Assembly: GCF_000015025.1 (NCBI RefSeq) | Contig: NC_008578.1 | Coordinates: 600,001 to 632,000, forward strand | Reading direction: 5' to 3' | From: Acidothermus cellulolyticus 11B | GTDB lineage: Bacteria; Actinomycetota; Actinomycetes; Acidothermales; Acidothermaceae | DNA length: 32,000 nucleotides | Shown: positions 1 through 8,446 of the stretch, piece after piece | How the letters are laid out: each line of letters starts with the position of its first letter | Numbering within the stretch: the first letter of the stretch is position 1 | Position numbers and translations under genes: made by a program | Notes under the pieces: model-generated | What the model was told of the DNA's origin: nothing | The model's database searches: none | What the model saw: only the letters and a program-made list of their open reading frames with translations

Positions 1-1
1 G

Positions 2-460
2 CACTTGGTTGCGATGAGTACCCAGATAGGGTTGCGCGAGACGCGTCGAATCCGCGGTGAATACGTGCTGACAGCAGATGACGTTTTGCAGGCACGACAG
101 TTTGACGATCAAGTCGCGCTTTCTGGGGCTCCGATCGAGGATCATCGCTCGGATGACACGACGCGATGGCAGTATCTACCAGAGGGACGAGTCGTCGGAA
201 TACCACTTCGTGCTCTTCTCCCTAGGGATGGTGAGAACGTCCTCGTGGTCGGAAGGTGCTTCTCTGCGACGCACGATGCGCACGCAGCGGTCCGGTCGAT
301 GGCGCAGTGCATGGCGATGGGTCAGGCTGCGGGAACTCTGGCGGGACTCGCTACGACAAACTCGCGAGACATTCGCGACGTCCACTTCAACGTCCTTAGG
401 GATCGACTGCGTGACGATGGTGCAATTCTTCTCTTGGACGAAGGTGCCCCGTGCCGGTGA
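2..460 (+). CDS. FAD-dependent oxidoreductase, C-terminal fragment (5' end outside the window)
   Basis: The frame is open to the left edge. The tail ...VVGRCFSATHDAHAAVRSMAQCMAMGQAAGTLAGLA... matches the conserved C-terminus of PF12831-type FAD-dependent oxidoreductases. The stop TGA 458-460 is overlapped by the next gene's GTG. Confidence 0.7.
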   Translation, partial: HLVAMSTQIGLRETRRIRGEYVLTADDVLQARQFDDQVALSGAPIEDHRSDDTTRWQYLPEGRVVGIPLRALLPRDGENVLVVGRCFSATHDAHAAVRSMAQCMAMGQAAGTLAGLATTNSRDIRDVHFNVLRDRLRDDGAILLLDEGAPCR

Positions 461-1455
461 CGTCGACGCAAGCAAGAGAGTCTGACTCCGGCATGCCTGT
501 GCAGGGAAATGCGCTGGTCCGGACGATACTCGGCGATATCAGCTCGACAGAACTGGGCGTATGCTTGTCCCATGAGCATGTCATTATTGACGGCGGCGTG
601 CCGAAAATCATCAATCCAGAGATCGCATTACAAAGCGTCGAAGCAGCTGTCACGGAGTTAGAGGAATGCAAAAAAGCCGGAGTTCAATCATTGATCGACG
701 CGATGCCAGCGGATGCCGGTCGCAATATTGCCAAGCTGGCTGAGGTTGCGCGGCGAACGGGAATCCACATTGTCTCATGTACTGGGCTACATCATAAACG
801 TTACTATGGGGAACGTCATTGGGGAGAATTACTGGCAGCCGAGGAATTAGCTGAGTTGTTTGTCCAGGATATCACCGAAGGCATTGACTATTTCGATCTT
901 TGCGGTCCCGTAGTGCGGCGGTCACCGCATCGTGCTGGATGCATTAAGGTAGCAGGCAGCAAAAACGGACTGACGCACCGAGACCGACGCATCTTCTTGG
1001 CTGCATCTATTGCGGCCGCCAGAACGGGCGCACCTATCATGACTCACTGCGAAGCAGGAACGGGTGGACTAGAACACATTGACACTTTCCGTGACCTGGG
1101 TGTGCCGCTGCATCGCGTCATTCTCTCGCATACTGACAAGATGCCAGATCCGGTATATCATGCAGAAATGCTGAGCGCCGGCGTCAATCTTGTCTACGAC
1201 CAAGGTCTTCGTACACCAGATCAGACTCTTTCTCTCCTGCAAAGAATGGTTGAGTCTGGCTATTACTCGCAAATTCTTCTAGGTACGGACGCTGCGCGAC
1301 GTTCTTTGTGGACTGCGCTTGGAGGAACGCCGGGCATTGCAGAAATCCGCCGTTCTTTCAAGATTGCGCTCGAGATGAATGTTGGTTCCGAGATCGCTCA
1401 TGCGCTCTGGGTTACCAATCCGGCTCGGGTGTTCAGTCTCGAGGGAATCCGATGA
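451..1455 (+). CDS. Phosphotriesterase-family (PTE/Php, amidohydrolase superfamily) hydrolase, probable lactonase
   Basis: All binuclear-metal-centre motifs are visible in the translation: LSHEHV (HxH), CIKVAGS (bridging Lys), IMTHCEAG, ILSHTDK, LLGTDAAR. GTG 451 has a GAAGG 6 nt upstream. ATG 493 is an alternative start. Confidence 0.85.
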   Translation: MPVTSTQARESDSGMPVQGNALVRTILGDISSTELGVCLSHEHVIIDGGVPKIINPEIALQSVEAAVTELEECKKAGVQSLIDAMPADAGRNIAKLAEVARRTGIHIVSCTGLHHKRYYGERHWGELLAAEELAELFVQDITEGIDYFDLCGPVVRRSPHRAGCIKVAGSKNGLTHRDRRIFLAASIAAARTGAPIMTHCEAGTGGLEHIDTFRDLGVPLHRVILSHTDKMPDPVYHAEMLSAGVNLVYDQGLRTPDQTLSLLQRMVESGYYSQILLGTDAARRSLWTALGGTPGIAEIRRSFKIALEMNVGSEIAHALWVTNPARVFSLEGIR

Positions 1456-2315
1456 ATCGACTTTCCGCTCGTGGAGTTATAGTGACGGGTTCTAGTGGCA
1501 TGGCTGCGGACGCCGTGCTACGGTTCACGGAGGAAGGTGCACGCGTCTTCGTTATTGGTAAGGTCGCGGACGAATGTAGGGCATTGAATGTGCCATATGC
1601 TCTGGCCGACCTGTCCAACGAAGATGAGGCAGTTGCTGCTTTTGATGCCGCGCGCCGCGTATTGGGACGTGTTGATGCCGTGTATGGAGCAGCAGGGGGA
1701 AGTGGACGCGCCATGGGTGATGGCCCTCTTCACTCGGTTCCGTTGGATGGCTGGAAGGCGTCTTTTGATCTTAATGTGACGACTGCGTTCCTGACGGCGC
1801 GCGAAGCAGTGCGCCTAATGTTGGATCAACCGCGTGACGACGATGGATCCCGAGGCTCAGTTGTGCTATTGGCGAGTGTCCTCGCCTGGTCGCCTGCACC
1901 AGCATTTTTTGCAACACATGCGTATGCATCCGCGAAGGCAGCTATTGTCGGGCTGGTCCGGTCGGCGGCCAGCTATTATGCAGGTACGGGTGTGCGAATA
2001 AATGCTCTTGCTCCAGGACTGGTGCGCACGCCGATGTCTGCAAGAGCGGCGAGCGATGCGTCGACGATGGCTTTTATTGCGCGAAAGCAGGCTCTTACGG
2101 GAGGGATCCTGGCGGCCCGGCATGTAACGGAGCTTGCCGTCGAACTGTGTAGTGCCCGGACGACAGCTTTGACCGGCCAACTGATCGCTGTTGATGGAGG
2201 TTGGTCTGTTCTGGATGGAGCCGCAGCTTTGTCCGAGGAGTCAGTTGTTGCGCGGAGGCTCTCAGAACCTAGCTGTCATGATCTAAGAGACCGTCATGGA
2301 GAGAGGAGCTCATAG
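1452..2315 (+). CDS. Short-chain dehydrogenase/reductase (SDR)
   Basis: VIVTGSSGMA (TGxxxGxG-like dinucleotide motif) and YASAKAA (YxxxK catalytic motif). ATG 1452 overlaps the upstream stop as ATGA (1452-1455). The longer track ORF starting at 1308 would overlap the PTE gene out of frame, so I rejected it. Confidence 0.85.
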   Translation: MNRLSARGVIVTGSSGMAADAVLRFTEEGARVFVIGKVADECRALNVPYALADLSNEDEAVAAFDAARRVLGRVDAVYGAAGGSGRAMGDGPLHSVPLDGWKASFDLNVTTAFLTAREAVRLMLDQPRDDDGSRGSVVLLASVLAWSPAPAFFATHAYASAKAAIVGLVRSAASYYAGTGVRINALAPGLVRTPMSARAASDASTMAFIARKQALTGGILAARHVTELAVELCSARTTALTGQLIAVDGGWSVLDGAAALSEESVVARRLSEPSCHDLRDRHGERSS

Positions 2316-2317
2316 AC

Positions 2318-3025
2318 ATGCAGGAACGACACTGGACGGCCGAGACGATAACGATCGAGGAGGCGGCCAAGTTCATTGATCACTCGTTGCTTCGACCAGA
2401 GCTGACCGTCGCCGACGTGCAGGCAGGCTGTGAGACGGCAATGAAGTATGGCGTCGCGAGCGTATGTTGCCGTCCCATCGACGTGCCGCTCTGTGTGAGG
2501 GAGCTCGCGGGCACCGGGGTGGTCGTCGGCACAGTGGTCGGTTTTCCGCACGGCTCGCACACTACTGCCACCAAGGTTGCAGAAACGCGACGTGCGATCG
2601 ATGACGGAGCCCGGGAGTTTGACATGGTTATCCAAATCGGTATGCTTCGCTCGGGTCGCTATCGCGAGGTTCATGACGATATCGCGGCCGTTGTCGACGC
2701 AGCCGCAGCTGTCGACGGCGCGGTGAAGGTGATACTGGAGACGGCTTTCTTGACGAAGGAAGAGAAGATTCAGGGGGCGAAACTGGTTGAGGAGGCAGGC
2801 GCTGCATTTGTCAAGACGTCAACAGGCTTTGCACCGTCGGGTGCGACCGTTGAAGACGTTGAGCTCTTGCGGTCAGCGGTGTCGCCAAAGGTGAAGGTGA
2901 AGGCCGCTCATGGTATCCGGACGCTGGATGTCTTTCTTCAGATGATCAATGCTGGCGCTGACCGTGTCGGCGCCACTGCCACGTCAAGGATTCTGGACGA
3001 CCTGCGTGCGCGTAAGGGAGTGTGA
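2318..3025 (+). CDS. deoC: Deoxyribose-phosphate aldolase (class I aldolase, DeoC family)
   Basis: FVKTSTGF Schiff-base lysine motif, VKVILET, and a typical N-terminus IDHSLLRPELT. GAGAGGAG lies upstream of ATG 2318, which is 2 nt after the SDR stop. Confidence 0.85.
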   Translation: MQERHWTAETITIEEAAKFIDHSLLRPELTVADVQAGCETAMKYGVASVCCRPIDVPLCVRELAGTGVVVGTVVGFPHGSHTTATKVAETRRAIDDGAREFDMVIQIGMLRSGRYREVHDDIAAVVDAAAAVDGAVKVILETAFLTKEEKIQGAKLVEEAGAAFVKTSTGFAPSGATVEDVELLRSAVSPKVKVKAAHGIRTLDVFLQMINAGADRVGATATSRILDDLRARKGV

Positions 3026-4050
3026 TGTCCAACTTGTCGAGTCGAACCCGTGGTGATGCCCTTCCGACAAGCGCGAGGCATCTTCGCCTGGGTGTCGATC
3101 TCGGAGCAACGCGGATCAAGGTCGTTGTGGTCGAAATTGACGCCTCCGGAGAAGTGGCTCTGCGTTTTAGTGCTCAGTATCCGACAGCCGCGGACGAAGG
3201 ACCCTCCGCAGTTGCGGAACGACTTGCCCGCTATGCGCTTGACGCCGTAGCTGAAGTTGGACGTGTGGTCGGTGCCGGCGTCGGAATTCCTGGCCTCTAT
3301 CGTGCATCCAGCGGTGAGATCGAGTTCCTGCCGAACATGCCGGGCGCGTGGCGAGGCTTCCGCTTGCGGGAGTACCTGACAACTCTATGGCGCGTACCCG
3401 TGGTCCTCATCAACGACGCACGCGCGTTTACTCTCGCGGAAGCGCGTCTCGGCGCTGGCAAAGGCCACCAAACCGTTGTTGGCGTGACGGTAGGTACCGG
3501 CATTGGGGGCGGTCTCGTCGTTGACGGCCGGTTGCTCATGGGCAGCGACGGACGCCGAGGGGAGGTCGGTCATCAGATTGTGGAGGTCGATGGTCCGTTA
3601 TGTACCTGCGGTGGCTTCGGCTGTGTCGAGGCTCTCGCGGGCAGCCTCGCACTGATGCGTGCCACCGGTCTTGCGTCCTTAGACGAAATCTACGCGGCGG
3701 CTGAGCGCGGCGAGAAAGAGGCGCGAGCGGCAGTGGCCAGAGCGGCGAAGTACCTAGCCGCCGGAATCGCAAACGTCGTCACACTGCTGCGGCCCGAACG
3801 CGTGGTCATCGGTGGGGGCGCCGCAAGCGCGAGCAGGCTGCTGATTGCATCGCTTCGCGACATGGTTGCGCGACGAGCTGCACTGGTTGACGCCGAGACG
3901 TACGAAATTGTTGCCGCCGAGCTTGGCCCGGTCGCCGGCGCAATTGGCGCGGCCCTCTGGTCGGCTGAGATCGACTCAGGGATGTGTATGGACGACGTCA
4001 ATGACATACCTGTCAGCAACGTAACGCGTTTCGGTACGCTCAAACGGTAA
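3025..4050 (+). CDS. ROK-family sugar kinase
   Basis: LGVDLGATRIKVVVVE (ATP-binding DxGxT) and the ROK zinc motif GHQIVEVDGPLCTCGGFGCVEALAG. There is no N-terminal HTH, so I call it a kinase rather than a regulator. ATG 3025 overlaps the deoC TGA as TGATG. GTG 3022 is an alternative start. Confidence 0.8.
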   Translation: MSNLSSRTRGDALPTSARHLRLGVDLGATRIKVVVVEIDASGEVALRFSAQYPTAADEGPSAVAERLARYALDAVAEVGRVVGAGVGIPGLYRASSGEIEFLPNMPGAWRGFRLREYLTTLWRVPVVLINDARAFTLAEARLGAGKGHQTVVGVTVGTGIGGGLVVDGRLLMGSDGRRGEVGHQIVEVDGPLCTCGGFGCVEALAGSLALMRATGLASLDEIYAAAERGEKEARAAVARAAKYLAAGIANVVTLLRPERVVIGGGAASASRLLIASLRDMVARRAALVDAETYEIVAAELGPVAGAIGAALWSAEIDSGMCMDDVNDIPVSNVTRFGTLKR

Positions 4051-4737
4051 GCCATTTTGATCAAAAAGTAGCCGCGTCTCCACCAGGAGGGCGGCATTTG
4101 GCGGTAAGTCCAAGAGGCCGACCTCGCTCGAACGAGCCAGTCGAGCATGAATAGTACCTACTGCTCGAGACGCGATTGTTCCACGTGCTTCCAGCGCTTT
4201 ATGTAAGGAGCCATTGGTAAGGTCGGCGTCAAGCACAAAGGTGTACCGCTCGGGAAGCGCAGCATCTTCAAGCGCGACTGGTACACCATCTGCGAGCCGT
4301 ACCCGAACGATTCGGACGACGCGGTCTTGGTGACCCAATCTCAAGTCGGCAACCTCCGTCGGGCGTGCGTGCTCCAACCCGGCGGAGATCAGGCGGGAGC
4401 TGGGCTTCAACCCGCGCCTTTCCATCTCTTCGCTGAAGGACAGGAAGACTCCGGGTACTCGGTGCATCGGTCGCACCGCGACCAGGGTGCCTCGCCCCTG
4501 ACTTCTCTCGATGCTGCCGTCCCGCTCCAGTTCTCCCAGCGCTTGTCGTACCGTCATGCGGCTTACGCCGAAGCGGGCGCACAATTGGGCTTCGCTTGGT
4601 AGACGATCACCTGGTTTGGCCGAGGCGATCAGTTCGCGGAGATAGCGTTCTATCTCCCGATAGCGAGCTTCGCGGGTGCGTCCGCGATGCTGCGCTGAGA
4701 TCTCTACACCCGATGACGGTCCTTGACTCTTCGTCAC
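3976..4737 (-). CDS. GntR-family transcriptional regulator, HutC subfamily (wHTH plus UTRA effector domain)
   Basis: YREIERYLRELI...LPSEAQLCARFGVSRMTVRQALGELERDG is the GntR wHTH signature, and the ~150 aa C-terminal domain is UTRA-like. GTG start. The 3' end overlaps the ROK kinase 3' end by 75 nt. Confidence 0.85.
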   Translation of the reverse strand: MTKSQGPSSGVEISAQHRGRTREARYREIERYLRELIASAKPGDRLPSEAQLCARFGVSRMTVRQALGELERDGSIERSQGRGTLVAVRPMHRVPGVFLSFSEEMERRGLKPSSRLISAGLEHARPTEVADLRLGHQDRVVRIVRVRLADGVPVALEDAALPERYTFVLDADLTNGSLHKALEARGTIASRAVGTIHARLARSSEVGLLDLPPNAALLVETRLLFDQNGLPFERTETRYVADRYVIDVVHTHP

Positions 4738-4830
4738 ATCTTTGACCTTAGAGCTATCTGTTGGCCGTGGCTTCGAGAGGGCGCAACCAGACGGAGCCGG
4801 TGAAAGCCTTGGTACTATCTCACGGTATCC

Positions 4831-6093
4831 TCAATTTCCCGCGTGTGCTCCTGCAAGTGCTTCGGGCGTACCTTCCTTGATCCACAAGGATAGCACCTTC
4901 GGCGACAGGATTTCGTCTACCACCATGTGCGCCGCACCGATCAGTCCGCCGATATCGCCCAGTGAGGACAAGACGATCTGCAAATCTCGAGTGGCTAACG
5001 GAAGGGATCTTGAGTAGACCCGCTGGCGTATCGAAGCGAGAAACGCGTTTCCCGCCTGGGCAACGCCTCCGCCGATGATGACAATTGAGGGATTGAAGAA
5101 GTTTACGAAAGTTGCTAATGAGTCCCCGATTTGCCGCGCGGCGGCCGCGAGCAACTCGACGCATCCGGTGTCACCTGCTGCGGCACCGGCCGCAATCGTC
5201 GCCGCCGTGAGGTCACCACCTTCCGTCAGTCGTTGCTGCAGGTAGCCGCTACGACCCTCGCGCGCCCATGCTGTGGCCCGTCGTGCCAAGGCAGCTCCCC
5301 CGGCGACCGCTTCTAGACAGCCAATATTGCCGCAGCGGCATACCACCGCCTGATCATCTGTAACCGCGACATGACCAATGTCCCCTGCACATCCTTGCGC
5401 TCCGCGGTGGAGCCGCCCACCGCTGACGATGCCGGCGCCGATGCCTGTTCCAATCTTGATATAGATGAGATCACTATGCGCTCGTCCGACGCCTGCCCGC
5501 AGTTCGCCTAGCGCGAGAACGTTGACGTCGTTGTCTACCCAGACGGGCGCGGAGAAGCGTTTCGCTAGTCGCTCCCGGACCGGGTAGCGGTCCCAACCGG
5601 GCATGATGGGCGGCGATACGGGACGTCCTGTCGCAAATTCAATGGGTCCCGGCAGGCCAACGCCGATTCCCCACACCTTTGCTTGGTGATCCCGAAGAAG
5701 TTCGCTGAGCAGCGCCTCCAAGCGAGCGAGAGTTGACTCCGGGCCGGCAGCAATGTCCCATGCCTCCTCCCGAGACGACAAGACACGGCAGTCAAGATCA
5801 CAGATGCCAGCGGCGATACTCGTTGCGCCGAGTTCAGCGACGAGCAAGCGGCCGGCGTCGGCGCGGAAATAAACGCCGCGCGGCATTCGTCCCCCGGTTG
5901 AAGGAAGGGGCTCACTCTCCGCTATAAGACCGAGGGCCATCAGGTGATCAAGTCGACGAGCGATGGCAGTACGACCGAACCCGGAGCTCTGGACTAGCTC
6001 GGACCGCGTTACAGCCGACCCGCGCCGAATCAGAGCGAGCAGTTGCGCCAGCTCCTCGACATGATCTTCAGACAGCGCGTCGTGCAGCACCAT
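4831..6093 (-). CDS. ROK-family transcriptional regulator (NagC/XylR type: N-terminal wHTH plus ROK sugar-binding domain)
   Basis: The N-terminal LIRRGSAVTRSELVQSSGFGRTAIARRLDHL wHTH is followed by a ROK domain with GHVAVTDDQAVVCRCGNIGCLEAVAGG. ATG 6093 has AGAGGG upstream. Confidence 0.85.
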   Translation of the reverse strand: MVLHDALSEDHVEELAQLLALIRRGSAVTRSELVQSSGFGRTAIARRLDHLMALGLIAESEPLPSTGGRMPRGVYFRADAGRLLVAELGATSIAAGICDLDCRVLSSREEAWDIAAGPESTLARLEALLSELLRDHQAKVWGIGVGLPGPIEFATGRPVSPPIMPGWDRYPVRERLAKRFSAPVWVDNDVNVLALGELRAGVGRAHSDLIYIKIGTGIGAGIVSGGRLHRGAQGCAGDIGHVAVTDDQAVVCRCGNIGCLEAVAGGAALARRATAWAREGRSGYLQQRLTEGGDLTAATIAAGAAAGDTGCVELLAAAARQIGDSLATFVNFFNPSIVIIGGGVAQAGNAFLASIRQRVYSRSLPLATRDLQIVLSSLGDIGGLIGAAHMVVDEILSPKVLSLWIKEGTPEALAGAHAGN

Positions 6094-6141
6094 TGACCCT
6101 CTTTTGTTGCATCGTTATCCACTTGTGACTTTTCTGCATTG

Positions 6142-6166
6142 ACTTATGCTTGTCGCAAGCATAAGT
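6142..6166. promoter_or_regulatory. Perfect 11-3-11 palindrome ACTTATGCTTG-TCG-CAAGCATAAGT, a candidate operator overlapping a -35/-10-like pair
   Basis: I verified every base pair by hand (A6142:T6166 through G6152:C6156). It sits in the 337-bp divergent region between the ROK regulator (start 6093) and the SIS/ABC operon (start 6431). TTGACT (6139-6144), 17 nt, then TAAGTT (6162-6167) fits a TTGACA/TANNNT promoter reading toward the operon. Confidence 0.5.
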
Positions 6167-6430
6167 TTCACTATCGTGACTCTAGCTACGCTACCGCCAC
6201 GTACAAGTAGCGGGCGAAGGGTACCAAGACGGCACCTCCCCACCGGTCAGGCCTGGCCGAACGGACCGTGCACAGCAGCCTCTTCTCGACGCCGCGTTGT
6301 CCAACGGCGGACCGCCTGTCACGAGAAGTGTTACAGCAAGGCAACAGGTACTTGCGAAGGCGAGTTCGAGCTGGGTAATGTTATCGATTGTCTAGACAAG
6401 TCGCTGATCAAAAACGGAGAGGCTGCGTCA

Positions 6431-7279
6431 GTGCCCGTAGCTGGACAGTGGATCGCAAAGGCGAAACAGTTGTTGGAGCGCTTCGCTGCGACGCAGAACA
6501 GCGCTCTTGACCAGGCTGCAAAGATCTGCGCCGAGTCGATCGCGAACGATGGATTGGTATACCTCTTTGGCACCGGACATTCTCGCATGGCCGTCGAGGA
6601 GATGTTCCCCCGCTATGCCTCTTACCCTGGCTTTCATCCACTCGTCGAGCTCTCGACAACCTTCCACACCCAGGTAATCGGCAGCAACGGCCAGCGACAA
6701 GCAATGTTCATCGAGCGCGTAGAAGGGCTCGGTGAAATCATCCTGAGGAACTTCTTCTTTCACTCCAAGGACGCCTTCATCGTTGTCAGTGCATCGGGAG
6801 TGACTGCTAACTCAATCGAGATTGCGATGGGGGCACGTAAGCGTGGCTTGCCGGTTATCGCGCTGACCTCGGTTGCACAGTCGATGGCAAGTGCTCCTCT
6901 TCATTCGTCGGGAACACGACTACTTGACCACGCGGACATTGTTATTGATTTGTGCACGCCCCCAGGGGATGCGCTCGTACCAATTGACGGACTCCCATGG
7001 CCCATCGGCCCGGCGTCAACCGTAACTGGAATCGCTGCAATTAATGAGATCAAAGTTCGGACAGCGGAATTGCTGGCGGCGCGGGGCGCGATGCCGCCGG
7101 TTCTTGTCGGTGTTCCGCTCGTTGATCCGGAGGAGTCAGCCCGACTGTTCGATGCGGCATACGACGAGCACGCTCGCCGTCTTGCGGGCCGCCTCCATCC
7201 ATCGCGGCATCCTCCCGGTGAACCGTACGCACTGCAGAACGCCGCTGATATGCGTGTTGCCACGCGTGACGATTCATAA
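6431..7279 (+). CDS. SIS (sugar isomerase) domain protein, UPF0309-like
   Basis: LVYLFGTGHSRM and AFIVVSASGVTANSIE are SIS phosphosugar-binding motifs. I chose the start at GTG 6431, with GGAGAG 10 nt upstream. The track's extension back to 6146 is Arg/Ser/Thr/Pro-rich and does not look like coding sequence. Confidence 0.75.
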   Translation: MPVAGQWIAKAKQLLERFAATQNSALDQAAKICAESIANDGLVYLFGTGHSRMAVEEMFPRYASYPGFHPLVELSTTFHTQVIGSNGQRQAMFIERVEGLGEIILRNFFFHSKDAFIVVSASGVTANSIEIAMGARKRGLPVIALTSVAQSMASAPLHSSGTRLLDHADIVIDLCTPPGDALVPIDGLPWPIGPASTVTGIAAINEIKVRTAELLAARGAMPPVLVGVPLVDPEESARLFDAAYDEHARRLAGRLHPSRHPPGEPYALQNAADMRVATRDDS

Positions 7280-7300
7280 AACCTCAGAAAGGAGTTATTG

Positions 7301-8434
7301 ATGATGGCACAACGAACACCACGAACTCGACTCGTCGTCTCCGGGCTCGCGGTCGCTATGGCCGCATTGCTGGCGGCGTGTTCGAGCACCTCTAAGACCG
7401 CGTCGTCAGGATCAGAAAGCCCGGCTGGCAGTGCAGCGGCGAGCGCGTCCTCTGCCGCCGCTTCGAGTCCTGCAAGCGGAGGTAGCTCGACCGGAGGCGG
7501 CTCATACGTTATCGGCGTCAGCAACACAATTGCCGGTAACGGTTGGCGTGAGGAGATGATCTGCTCGATCAAAGCTCAAGCTCTGGTTAGTGGTCAGGTC
7601 AAGAAGGTTGTCGTCATCTCCAAGAACGGTGGACCGACAGATCAGATTCAAGATTTGCAGAACCTGATCTCCCAAGGCGTCAACGCAATCATCGTCAACC
7701 CGTCTGACCCGGAAAAGCTGAATAGTGTTCTTGAGGCCGCAGTCAAAAAGGGCATCGTCGTCGTAGCCGTTGACCAAGCAGTGACTGCGCCCGACGTGTA
7801 CTTAGCGGCGAACAACCAGGAAGAGTATGGCAAGCTCGGCGCAGAATGGCTCGCGAAAGCGCTCAACGGCAAGGGCGACGTCCTCTATATGAGAGGCGCT
7901 CAAGGCGCACCGGCCGACATTGCCCGTGACCAGGGTTTTCGCAGCGTTATGGCGCAGTACCCGGGAATCAAGTTCAAGGAGGTGTACACGGGCTGGGACT
8001 TCACGAAGGCTGCCGCTCTCGCGACGCAGGAGCTTACTGCTCACCACTATGACGGAATCTGGACGTCGGGCACCGACTACACCGTCGTGAACGCCTTCAA
8101 GACACTTGGCAAGACTCCGATTCCAGTTGTTGGGGCGGACAACAACGGCTTCGTCGCACAACTGCTGGCAGGTCAGCCTGGTGCCGCAGTAACTAACCCA
8201 GCCGCCGTTGGCGCCGTTGGGCTCGATATCGCTCTCGACGTGCTGCAGGGAAAGTCCGTCCCCAAGCAGACCCTCCTGACACCCGAGGTATGGGATCTCG
8301 CTACCGCAAAGGATAAGCTGCAGACGTACCACTTCCCCAACCTGCCGCCCACGTGGCCTTCGCAGGTGGAAATCAAGCCTTGGACGACATACACGCCGCA
8401 ACAGCTTATCGCTTGCAAGGGTCCTGGCGAATGA
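7301..8434 (+). CDS. Sugar ABC transporter substrate-binding lipoprotein (periplasmic-binding-protein type I, ribose/xylose-like)
   Basis: Signal peptide with lipobox LLAAC, a Ser/Ala/Gly-rich linker, then a PBP type-I fold sequence (VIGVSNTIAGNGW...VNAIIVNPSD...VVAVDQ). GGAG lies 6 nt upstream of ATG 7301. Confidence 0.85.
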   Translation: MMAQRTPRTRLVVSGLAVAMAALLAACSSTSKTASSGSESPAGSAAASASSAAASSPASGGSSTGGGSYVIGVSNTIAGNGWREEMICSIKAQALVSGQVKKVVVISKNGGPTDQIQDLQNLISQGVNAIIVNPSDPEKLNSVLEAAVKKGIVVVAVDQAVTAPDVYLAANNQEEYGKLGAEWLAKALNGKGDVLYMRGAQGAPADIARDQGFRSVMAQYPGIKFKEVYTGWDFTKAAALATQELTAHHYDGIWTSGTDYTVVNAFKTLGKTPIPVVGADNNGFVAQLLAGQPGAAVTNPAAVGAVGLDIALDVLQGKSVPKQTLLTPEVWDLATAKDKLQTYHFPNLPPTWPSQVEIKPWTTYTPQQLIACKGPGE

Positions 8435-8446
8435 ATCAAACGATAG

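Noticed and set aside
6146-6430. 95-codon N-terminal extension of the SIS ORF given in the track (start 6146)
   Set aside because: The extension (…LPPRTSSGRRVPRRHLPTGQAWPNGPCTAASSRRRVVQRRTACHEK…) has no family counterpart. It would make the palindromic operator and promoter-like elements coding. An internal GTG 6431 with GGAGAG gives a family-typical N-terminus.
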